From Trichoplax sp. H2 (taxonomy: Eukaryota), in the NCBI GenBank assembly GCA_003344405.1, contig NOWV01000230.1, positions 62,001-104,053 on the forward strand: a stretch of 42,053 bases of DNA, given 5' to 3'. Within the stretch, counting starts at the first letter, position 1, and every line of letters starts with the position of its first letter. This document shows, piece by piece, positions 1 to 11,472 of the stretch. Below the pieces are notes generated by a model. The model did no database searches and was not told the origin of the DNA. It was given only the letters and a program-made list of their open reading frames with translations. A program made the translations under genes and the position numbers.

Positions 1-296
1 ACTTCACAATCCAAGGATTATTATATAGTATCATTAATCGAAATTTAGTAAACGAAAATTATTCAATATGGGGAATATTGGTAAGCATTATAAATTTAGA
101 CACCGTAAACGCGATCGGAATTCAGACTATTAATTGTTTGCTTATTATAATTGCAACATAGAGTAAAGTGTATTTCTTAATTATGCCAAATTAGATATCG
201 CTGGAATTGCTGATGATAAATCAACAAATTTATTTTGGATAGCCTATAATAATATTTTACTGCTAACAGTTTCCTCTCTTGATTATGATTATATAG

Positions 297-3200
297 CACC
301 AACAGCATACCCACGTAATATAACTCTAATCAATTCATCATCAACTTCACTTTCTCTTCTTTGGCATACCATTCCTTTATCTGACCATAATGGTGTCATT
401 ATTCAATATCGAATTCGTTATAATGCTACTCAGTGGAACCATTATGGAGAAGTTTATATCAGCGGAACAGCCAATATGACAACACTAACCAATTTAATGG
501 CTTATACAACTTATAAAATTATAATGAGTGCTGCCACTTTCGTCGGATACGGACCCGAAAGTCCGATAATATCAATGACTACGAATCAATCGGGTTAGAT
601 AACCTCTTTTAATGGTATTTTTATGATCGTAGGGGTGCTTTATGATATTATTAGTTTAGATTACTTTACCAGTAACTTATCAATCAGATAAATACTAGAA
701 TTAAAAACAGTTATATAATACTATAAAAGTCTAGTCTTTAAGTTAGTACATTGTACTTACTGCATATACTTCACTAAATGGACTGCTTGCTAAAAAAACG
801 GCGTAATATTTTATGTTGATTAGGCATTGCAGTAATTCGTAAATTACATAAAGTTTATGCCTAGTCAATCCTATACTACCATTTAAACTAAATATCTTTT
901 TATATCGTCTCAATAATTACCATTTAAATTGCATATAGTATTTCTTTTTTGTTACAATTACTAAAGCATCTAAATTATTTTACCTGTAAAATTATAAGGT
1001 TATATCCGCCTTCTCATACTTTAAAAATAACTTTGATTTAATATACTCATATACTATCGTTTTCGTCATCAGTACCAAGTTTCTATCCTTTGGAAGTAAA
1101 TGCTACGGCTATATCAGCTACTGCAATAAATGTGACGTGGAAGCCGCCACCCATGCTACATAGAAATGGAATTATAACCAGATATAGTGTACAGTACAAT
1201 TCTAGTCTTGGTAATAGTGGAGGAATTATTTTCCTGAACGGGTCTTTAATGGCCGCAACTTTGAGAAATCTGCTTCCTTTTACTAATTATTCAATCACCT
1301 TGAAGGCCGCTACCATAATTGGGTTTGGACCTCAAAGTCCTAATATTACAGTAAATACGTGGGAAGCAGGTTAGCATGTAATTTGATTTTATATTTTCAA
1401 ATCTGTTGTTATATAGATCAAATGTATTATTTATTCTACTTTATCGATTTTACATCATGTTAGTACCTCAATCTTATCATCGAAATATTAGCGGCAAACC
1501 ATTATCTGCTAAAGCTCTCTAATTAGCTAGCTGCCACTTTCTTTAACCGATCGAAATGGCATTATAATAAGTTATAGAATACATTATAATTCAACTAGAG
1601 ACAGTCATCACGGATCCCTTCTAGTTACGTCTCCAGCAGTCAATCCTTTACTACCATTTAAACTAAATATCTTTTTATATCGTCTCAATAATTACCATTT
1701 AAATTGCATATAGTATTTCTTTTTTGCTACAATAACTAAGCATCTAAATTATTTTACCTGTAAAATTATAAGGTTATATCCGCCTTCTCATACTTTAAAA
1801 AATAACTTTGATTTAATATACTCATATACTGTCGTTTTCGTCATCAGTACCAAGTTTCTATCCTTTGGAAGTAAATGCTACGGCTATATCAGCTACTGCA
1901 ATAAATGTGACGTGGAAGCCGCCACCCATGCTACATAGAAATGGAATTATAACCAGATATAGTGTACAGTACAATTCTAGTCTTGGCAATAGTGGAGGAA
2001 TTATTTTCCTGAACGGGTCTTTAATGGCCGCAACTTTGAGAAATCTGCTTCCTTTTACTAATTATTCAATCACCTTGAAGGCCGCTACTATAATTGGGTT
2101 TGGACCTCAAAGTCCTAATATTACAGTAAATACGTGGGAAGCAGGTTAGCATGTAATTTGATTTTATATTTTCAAATCTGTTGTTATATAGATCAAATGT
2201 ATTATTTATTCTACTTTATCGATTTAACATCATGTTAGTACCTCAATCTTATCATCGAAATATTAGCGGCAAACCATTATCTGCTAAAGCTCTCTAATTA
2301 GCTAGCTGCCACTTTCTTTAACCGATCGAAATGGCATTATAATAAGTTATAGAATACATTATAATTCAACTAGAGACAGTCATCACGGATCCCTTCTAGT
2401 TACGGCTCCAGCATTATTAACAATTATCAAGAATATGAAGCCATATACACAGTACTTCTCAACAGTAGAAGCAGTGACTAGCGTTGGATTTAGTCCCAGG
2501 TGTCAAACTTTAGTATTAACAAAAAGTCAAGCAGGTTGCTTTATGACTTATACATTATAAAAGCCTTTGCAATGAATATTCACCTCATTTGATGTACAAA
2601 TGGCTTTATTTATACAGTATATCTCAGATAACCATATACCTTTTACTGATTCATGCTTAAATCTTATTGAACGATTGTACGCTCATTTATACTTCCAAAA
2701 CTCTCTCTATGCTTTATATTTTAATTATATTGATTCATCATCGTGCATTATTGATTATAATTATGGCACGCAAAAATCTCAGTAAATTGTTCTAAATCTA
2801 CTTTTCGACTTTAAATGTTGCCGCAAATATCAACTTAAAGCTAAGACTATAATTTCCGCTGATTTTAATTAGCGATATTTATCATACTCAAATTTCTTCA
2901 GTTCGAGTTACTAGTAGTAGGATCGTTGGAGTCATAGTAGACCTAAATCTTGCATGATAATTGCTCACTTTAATTTGATTTTAATTTACTTGATTTATCA
3001 GCACCTACGTCATATCCTCAAAATCTTACCTTATTGGCAGCATCCTCTTCCACCATTTACGTCAATTGGCAACCACTGACCTTTTCTGATCGCAATGGTT
3101 ATATAATTAATTATAGTCTAAGATATAATTCAATAAAGTTGAACTCCAGCGATACAATTTTTGTCAATAGCAGTATGAATTCAACAACCTTAACCAATTT

Positions 3201-4659
3201 ATCCCCATTCACTACCTATAATATCGTCATTCGAGCTGCAACTGTCATTGGATATGGTCCTCCCAGTCCAAGTAAAGCAGCTACGACTCATCAAGCAGGT
3301 TTGAAGGAGGCATTGACTTAATAGAAATACTTTACGCGTGCTTTTACTTCCATTTAGAGACTTAATATTAGTAAATTGACGAAAATTTATACTTCATGTC
3401 ATTGCAACTAAATTTATCTAATGTTACAGTACCTAGCTCCTATCCTACAAAGAGTAATGTTGTAGCAACATCAGCTACAAGTCTGGTCGTTTCTTGGCAA
3501 GCTCTTTCAGAGAGAGATTGGAACGGTGTAATAACTTCCTTTACCGTAACCTATTGGCATACTTCTGACATGTGGGATTATCATGGCTCTATTCAGGTTA
3601 ATACAGCAACAAAAAATACGTTAATAAAATCGTTATCACCATATACTGTGTATAATGTTACTATCAAAGCTGCTACAAAAGTCGGCTATGGGCCTGAAAG
3701 CCCTATAATCTCTGCAAAAACTCATCAAGCAGGTAATAAAAGTGTACAAAGCTATTTCGAATCATTTACATCTAGCATATCCTTGTTGCCGCAGTATTTA
3801 TGGAGTTAAAACTTACTTATCATATTTAGCGCCTACTACAAGTCCTCAAATACGAATTTTATTCCGTGTATCGAATAACAGTGTTCAGATCCAATGGCAG
3901 GTTGCAATTAATATGAATACCGACCATCTCTGACTAAACTCACCTACTCATGTATGCCATTCTAATTAGTTTTATGTTTTTTAAAATCTGTATTACTAGG
4001 TTATCCAAGAAAGGAATAGAAATGGAGTTATATTGGGATATTATTTATTCCTGAATAACATTAAATTTAATATTATCGAAAATCGTTCACTTTATTTAAA
4101 TGAAACAACTTTCGACGGTGGCTTGAGAAACTGTACAGCGCGTAATTTGAAATATTTCTCTCGGTATCAAATTTCGTTGCAAGCATTTACGGTTGCTGGC
4201 GTTGGCCCTACTAGTAAAGGATATACCATAGATACATTAGAATCAGGTAAGACTCATTTCACTTAAAAATAATGCTTAAGTAATTTAACTCCGCTGAAAA
4301 GGTATGCTTATTGATATATACTTAATCTCTAAACTATTTGTTAACAATTTGAACAGTGCCTACTGCTCCTCCTCAGGTAGTTAATATAGCACCCACTATA
4401 CTCGGAGTTACTACAGCCAACGTTTCATGGACTATGCCACCAGTCATCCATCATAATGGTATAATTAGAGGTTACTATCTGAAATATTTTCGAATTAAAT
4501 TTCCAATTAATCAGACCGTGATCAAGATTGGAAACAATACTCAGCATACACTTCTGAATCTTCAACCGAAGCAAAATTACTCTATACAAATTGCTGCCTC
4601 AACCTCGGTTGGAATTGGACCGTATACCAGAGCTCTTATTTACCAAACTCGTGAAGCAG
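297..4659 (+). CDS. Fibronectin type III array of the adhesion GPCR (7 intact domains, phase 1-1 modules)
   Basis: Each module reads P..P.N...W....NG.I..Y...L.P/AYT.Y.I...A.T..G.GP.S and is 297-303 nt ending G|GT. One domain is split into 3830-3900 + 4000-4246. Confidence 0.92.
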
Positions 4660-7600
4660 GTATCTATCTTCTATTCAATTTACTAGCTAACTAAACTATT
4701 TATGTTTTCTCATCTATCTGCAATTTTTTTAGTGGGGCCTGTTGTTACTCTATCACCTCAAAGCGTTACTGTAGTAGCCGGTAATGATGTCAATTTAGAA
4801 TGCAGAGCAACGAGCGATCCCTACCCAACTGTGCAATGGAAAAAAGATGGTTTACCAGCTAGTTCAGTATACACAGTTATCTCCAATTTAGGATATAGCA
4901 GATTAAGAATTAAGTACAGCAATACTGGAGATAGTGGTTCCTATCAATGTCAGTTTACCAACGTTAAGGGCTCAGTGTTATCTTCCATTGCTAAAGTATT
5001 AGTCGAAGGTGAGAATTAATTTTCTGCTGAAATAAAGATTTGCACAATTTTGATTTTAGATAATCGATTTGACAATATCCCACCCCTAGATAAAAACACT
5101 ACTGGATTTTGTTTGGGCGAGGTATTAAATAATATGCGATGGGCAAAGACTGGTGCCGGTCAAATTGCAACAGCAGCCTGTCCAATAAGTATACAAGGTG
5201 ATTATAGAAACAATTTTCTCCAAATTTTCTGTAGATGTTATAGCTATTATCGCTAATTATCATCAATAAGAGCAATGCTGAACTTAAAATACATATTTAA
5301 TTTGAAATTGCGACATCAGATAAACGTTTACATATTCATATAAATGGTTTAAATACATTGGATTATTATCCTAGGAAATGCAACGCGCTTATGCAAGCTT
5401 GGCAGTAACGGAATATCATCTTGGGAACCAGTAGATACGACTGGATGTAAGACTCCCTTCGTCTCCGCTATAGTCAGTTTGGTAAATTTATTCGTCTATT
5501 ATAAGTTCTAATTTCATTTATTTCATTCAGCATGATTGAAATTTTCTAAAATAACTGAAAAAAATTCTGGATAATAGGAGGATATATTAGACAAACAGGG
5601 CCAAAATGCTACAAGTCAAGTCATGACTGAATTGGATGTGGTAACTGCAAATAGAACTTTATTTGGAGGAGATATTGTAGCTACGATATCAGCACTTGAA
5701 AAAATTAACCGAGTTTCACAAATAGTAGATAAACCGTTATTAGAGGTTAGCGTTCTTTGATGTTGATTGTTGAGAAGCCATTTCTCTCATCTCAAAAATT
5801 AGACGTGCGCATGTGAACTATTTGATAAGCAGAAGATTGCATTTTTACTAAAAATTTATATTATTATTAAAGAGCAAGTGATGTTGTTAAAAATGTCATT
5901 GTAAGAAAGTTTCTGCCGTATCGTACTTTGACTCATCCTCTAACTTTTCACAACTACTGTTTTCTGGTTTTACTGCACCACAGAAATTTATTAAGATTCA
6001 AAGTAATTTATTCAATGTCCGAAATAAAGAAGGTTGGAAATTTGCAAAGAAAGTGAGTAAAAGATTTCTTATACGCTTTCGTGAGTGAACAGAGATTCTG
6101 TTACTTAATCCGATAAATGCATAATTGTTAATAGCCATGAATTTTATCGCTATCTTTTATTATTTTCAGTAACATTTAATACAATTTAACTGGTATTTAA
6201 TAGTTTTGCGGAGATTCAAATGGCAAAAAGTTGTCTATAATGGATAATTTAGAAGACTATGCCAGTAAATTTGATACTGCCGCTGGCAAATCCAATATCT
6301 CTTCCTTGATCGGTGATATAGGTATAATTAAATTGTGGTCATATCAGCTTAAAATTTCATTTAAACCTGCATTAGAGCAAATAACGCCTTATTATTAAAA
6401 TTTCTCACGTGTAACTCTTAAGAATTAAAATGTGGGGTAACTAAAAGTGTTACTGCATGTATAAATGTTAAATGTTGGAGGACGGTCGGTAATGGATAGG
6501 TCATACTTCAATTATGGAAGATTCACGAGTAAATTGATTGATTCATTTAAATTTTTTAGGCGTGTTTATTTACAACATTAGTAGCTCCTTTGGAATTCAT
6601 GCTAACATTTCGTTTTCGGATGAATCAAATTTGGCCACTGGTATTGAATTAGTCATACCAGGATTAGCTGTCCAAAAGCATCAATGTAATAGCAAAAATT
6701 TTAATTATACTCGTATAATGAGTTAGAATGTGTTATCAGTGCAAGTAGTAGATTGTATTAACTTTTTTCACGAGATGACTTTTAAATTTCAGTTACCAAA
6801 TTGGTCATCGTCGTCTATCAAACTTTGAAAGATCTCATGCCGGCAACATTTTCGACGGATAGGTAATAAAACGCAACTACATAAGAATTAACATAGATAC
6901 ACTAATTTCCTTTGACTGGTGTGATAGATATTGTGAGGACTTTTATGTACAATAATAAAACATTCACGACTCATCAATGACAGCCACTTTTATTTAAATT
7001 TTAATATATTTTGATTGGTAATTTATTAACGTAGCAGCAATAGCTCAGATAAAGCCGTCAGAGTCGTCAATTCTCATGTGTTCTCTGCATCATTGTATCC
7101 GAAAATATCGCAAAGCTTGTCCTTTCCAATTCGAATGACATTTATAAATGGAAATGTAAGACTATCATTAACAAATCTATACCTTCTTTAATTCGCTTTA
7201 CCGCTATAAATTGTACATCTTGCAAAATAGTATAAAAAGTATGTGCGATATGCCTTATTCGGTATTTCTAATGTATTTAGAAGATAAATAGCTGCTTAAT
7301 ATTTATATCTCAGATATGAATTATTAGTAGTTTCGTATAAATTGATTGCAAATATTTTAGAAATGCTTATGTTGACCTTCGTTACATGAATTTTAAAATA
7401 CTTTATTTGTTGTAATTCTATTTTGTTATTGCCAAATTTGTCATTTTGAAATTTTATTACTTTATGTAACGTATAAAGGAAGCCCGTTTTAAATATTAAA
7501 TTCCATTTGCCTTTAAAATATAGCCAATTGAAGCTGGAAATACTTCAATTCAACGCTCATGTTCATTTTGGCAACCAAAATCAAGGTAGTATACTAGATT

Positions 7601-10600
7601 CATAAGCTTCAGCGACGATATAATAGAAATAAAATTGTGATAATATTGCCTTTGTCAGTGATTTATGATAGCAAACTTCGATCTTCTTAATGCTAAAAGT
7701 ATTGGTGATATGTGTGAGTTACTACTCTTACAATATCTCGTAATGGAAATAGTTATATTACTTATTATTTAACAAGAGCTACTTATCATTATTTGGGACA
7801 TTTAGTATTCGTGCATATTTATAATAACGTAGTTACTATCCACATTCATAGCTTGCTTGTCGTAAAATAATTGATGTGAAATTACCTTCATAGCCAATGC
7901 GGTTGGTCCCCATCAGGTTGCTGGATGGGTTCGGAATCGAATTCGACGCATACCGTTTGCTATTGCAACCATACAACTACTTTTGCCAGCCTATACCATG
8001 ATGTACAGGTAGTTCTTCAAGCAGTAAAGAATACGATTTTAAATAAATATTGAAATTTCAATTTTGCATAAAATTAATTAATTAAAAAGGTATTACTTAA
8101 GAAACTTTCTTTTAAAATGATGATTAATTTAACATAATTAATACTTAATGAAAATGTAGGTAGTAAATTAAGTACTTGAATTTTTTAAATATACAAGTAT
8201 TTAGATATATAAATTCTCTTGCCTGATCAAATTACTAGATTTCGAAGTTCCAATTTGAAGTTATTACCTACGTTGGATGTGGTATTTCGTGTTTACTTCT
8301 AACTATTACAGCTGTCATATATCTTATTTTCTGGAGGTATGATCGGTAAAATTCTTGCAAGATAAATCTTTTGTTAATAGATTAAATTCAATCCTAAACG
8401 AGTCATAAGAATGGAAGCTACTTAAAAATTATTATTTTCCTAACTTAAAACTTTATATTATCCTATTTGTGAAAGATGGATGAAAGTAACATAGCACTGC
8501 ATTTAAGCGTTGTATATCATTAGCGCTAATAGATTAATAAATTTCTTTAGATCAACCGTTAGATCTAGATCGTTTCAGTAGTATATAAATATTGATTCTT
8601 CTATACTTACTTGCTAGCTACTGCTATTTAATGTATTATGTACTTAACTTTAATTGCTCAATTATATTAATTATAGGAAAAATAGGAAAACGCTTACATT
8701 TATAAATCTCAATATCTTTGTCTGGCTTTTGCTTGCTAATATAATTACCATTATTGGATTACCGCATACTCAGCCAGCGGTAAATGAATCAGTGCGAGAA
8801 AGTTTCTGATATTAAAATATCGAAAATATTATTATAGACATCATGCCTGATGTACGATGAAATTAATAGCCATAAAATTCAATAATGATTACCAAATAAT
8901 ATTCTTTTTAGCAACTGTGCGCCGGAATTGCAACACTCCTTCATTTTACCATACTGGCAGCTTTTGCTTGGATGATGTGCCAGGCCATCCATCTAGTAAT
9001 GCAATCAACTCGTAGATTAACGAAAAAGATGTACAAGCTGTACAGTTGCATTGGCTATAGTAAGTGTACTAGATCGAAATTGTACTTATTTTTGATACAG
9101 ATATTTACAGTGCCATAACGCACAGTAGCTTGAAATTTTCATATTGCAATAGAGAATGATATAGATTGACCAATGAAATTTATAACCTGTTTTTTCTCAC
9201 TAATAAACGCGTTCTTGTTCCCTAACTAGTTTTGCCATTAGTGGCAGCCGTTGCAACTGCTGTGGTGACAATTGTTCTGACGGGGATTAAGAATTATCTT
9301 ACAGATAATGTGTAAGAATGTAAAATGTATAGCTCCTGATTGTTGTTCAATTATAATTTATCTTTTAAGTAGCAGTAATTGCATATAATGCTTGAAATTC
9401 AATCATTACTATTTAGCTCATTTCACTATCGTATTTATATTGTTAAAAATGCCTAGGTGTTGGTTAAGAAGTAAACCGCTCATAATTTCTGGATTTATTG
9501 GCTTGACTCTGTCTATGACGCTCGTAAGAAATATTCTATTCTTTCAGTTATAGTATTTGATAAAAACCTCCTTTAATTTTCCTGTTTAGCTAAGTAACTG
9601 CCATACTTTAAAACCATTTTTGAAAATAATAGCTGTGTATCAGAGGCTATAATCTAATATAAGCAAACATTTTTAAGTCATCCATTTTAATTGCTTATAC
9701 AATATTATTACTTAAAAGTTCAATTAGTGATGTTATCAAAATAAACAAAAGATCTAGTACTAAACGTACTGGAAATTTTTGATATAAAAATAGCCAATTG
9801 TAAGTTCATAGGTTGGACGTACTGATTTATCCATTCTAAGACTGGATGTCCTTTGAATTTTTGTAAAACTTAAGAAATCAATGTTTTTCTATGACCAAAT
9901 ATCAAATAGATAACTATAATGGCAATTATACTTGCCAGTAAGAATTTTAGAAATGCGAAAAGTGAAAATCTAGAGAAGGGACAGGAAGAGTTTTCTATTT
10001 ATAAGTCAGTATCGCGAGTGCTTGCTGTTTTATAGTTTATACTAAGATTCAATGAATTATTAAGATTAACTAGTATCCTAATATATTCGCTTCATTTATT
10101 TGGGTTCATAGGCATTATCTGATCAGGGCCTTTTTTCTGCTCTTATTGATAGCTGTTGGTTGGACTTTATTTGTTTTGTTCATCATATATAATCATATCA
10201 TATTGCAATATGCCTTCGCAATTCTTAGTTTTCTACAGGTATTGGATTAATTTGGAACTTTTCTTTTTCTTTATTGATTTCTTTAACTAATTTAAAGCTG
10301 ACTATTATTATGAATGCCATACATAGATATTTAGACTTTAGGAGTTGTAAATATGTAGACAATTTAATTCGCGCACTAGATTACTTCACAATATATTAAC
10401 AATATTTTATCAATTAGGGACTGTATGTATTTGTATTTTATGGCATTCAAAAGATAATTCTGAAAAATGATGATTGGGTAAATGCAGCACTTAAACGTAG
10501 CAAATAGTTTTATTTCTTAAATTGAAATTTACTAAAACTACGACAATAATAAAGTATTGAAATACTACGTACTAAAATTATGCTGAGCATGAATTAATTT

Positions 10601-11472
10601 TTATTAAAATTCATCAAATAGGAGAAATCATCAGTAAAGACTATGGATACAGGTCGCGGTGATTCTTTTACATCCAGAAGGTATTGCGATTTATTCTGAC
10701 TCATTAAAATAAATTGGAGTTATTTTCATACGGTGCAAGGCTTTCGCTTCAGCTATTCCTTAAAATGTGATAACTATTCATCGTACGAATGGTTACATTA
10801 TTTTAGTAGTAGTAATAAACAATAACATTATTCTATAGTCTGTACAAAGCATTTATTACTGTTTGATGTTGTAATCACGTTAGCTTAGCTTGTATTCTTA
10901 CTGGCGAAGTTCATGTATTCGATAAATGTCTACAGTTTTAAGAGGATCGTTCAGCTAACTAAATAATTTTAAACTTAGCTGTGCGGTACTCTTATGACTT
11001 ATATTACAGTACTTGATAGTAGTTACCTAAATAAGTATTAGCCCATTAAAAGATGGAATAAACCTATTAAAGTGCTTCTAAATTAGTTTAGGATATACTT
11101 CATAGCGGCATAAATATTTCCTTTCTAAGCTACTTTATAATGCAGTTAATAATTACTACTCGAATACCTTTATGATTAGAAAAACTGGGCCACCAGAGCC
11201 AGATTCTATTAATGTTTACGAAGATACTGATGTAAATAACGTTGCTTACGAGGAAGTAATGGCAAGTAGAAACATTAGACACATTCATGATGTAATTTAT
11301 TCATTATAAATACGCTCACTACCTAAATTTTCCTATTTTACAAATGGAGTGTAAATATGTGTACTGTACGTTAACAATTAATTTATACGCACTTTATCGT
11401 AACCATGATTTTTTACCACTGATACAGATTGAAACTCCACCATCAAGTATGGAAGATTCGGTCCGGTTTTAA
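297..11472 (+). CDS. Adhesion GPCR (FN3 x7 - Ig - HormR - GAIN/GPS - 7TM), 5'-incomplete, 30 exons in window
   Basis: Phase-consistent GT-AG exons: 297-593, 1073-1369, 1848-2144, 3002-3298, 3430-3732, 3830-3900, 4000-4246, 4357-4659 (FN3); 4733-5008 (Ig); 5090-5197, 5375-5481 (HormR: FC..W..T..G......CP..GNATRLC..W..C); 5578-5745, 5984-6052, 6204-6321, 6560-6685, 6793-6862, 7035-7155, 7524-7585, 7894-8008 (GAIN: LFGGDI, CSFW, WSPSGC, CYCNHTTTFASL); 8239-8336, 8677-8779, 8912-9059, 9230-9311, 9457-9523, 9910-10004, 10112-10238, 10418-10477 (7TM); 10622-10680, 11180-11291, 11428-11472 (tail, stop TAA). Exon lengths sum in frame. No start codon identified. Confidence 0.9.
863..2412 (+). repeat. 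Tandem duplication, 2 x 775 bp (863-1637 / 1638-2412), each carrying an FN3 exon
   Basis: Near-identical copies at offset 775; ORFs 1090 and 1865 translate identically; two synonymous exon differences seen. Confidence 0.95.
2239..2534 (+). pseudogene. Dead FN3 pseudo-exon (truncated copy at 1464-1638)
   Basis: AG/GT bounded, 296 nt (one short of the 297-nt module). Reads VPQSYHRNISGKPLSAKA/fs/LIS*LPLSLTDRNGIIISYRIHYNS...MKPYTQY...VEAVTSVGFSP; the conserved Trp codon is TAG. Confidence 0.85.
4733..5008 (+). CDS. Ig (I-set-like) domain exon of the adhesion GPCR
   Basis: VNLECRATSDPYPTVQWKKDG...LRIKYSNTGDSGSYQC has the canonical C...W...DxGxYxC pattern; phase 1-1 exon. Confidence 0.92.
7524..8008 (+). 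CDS. GPS autoproteolysis motif exons of the GAIN domain
   Basis: RSCSFWQPKS|SQCGWSPSGCWMGSESNSTHTVCYCNHTTTFASLY matches the C-x-F-W...W-S-x-x-G-C...C-x-C-x-H-x-T-x-F-A-x-L consensus. Confidence 0.9.
8239..10477 (+). CDS. Secretin/adhesion-class 7TM domain exons
   Basis: Seven hydrophobic segments with class B2 hallmarks: ITYVGCGIS, C..IA.LLHF..LAAFAWM, IGY..P, CWL, GW and LQG.YVF. Confidence 0.88.

Noticed and set aside
1..80. Open frame FTIQGLLYSIINRNLVNENYSIWGIL ending at GTAAGC (possible upstream exon)
   Set aside because: Ends in phase 0 while the exon at 297 needs phase 1; no recognisable domain and no bridging exon established.
2600..2785. 61-aa ORF
   Set aside because: AT-rich intron of the aGPCR with no domain features.
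5873..5900. Possible GAIN micro-exon (ASDVVKNVI) before GTAAGA
   Set aside because: Needs a weak alternative upstream donor; 5745->5984 already splices in frame.
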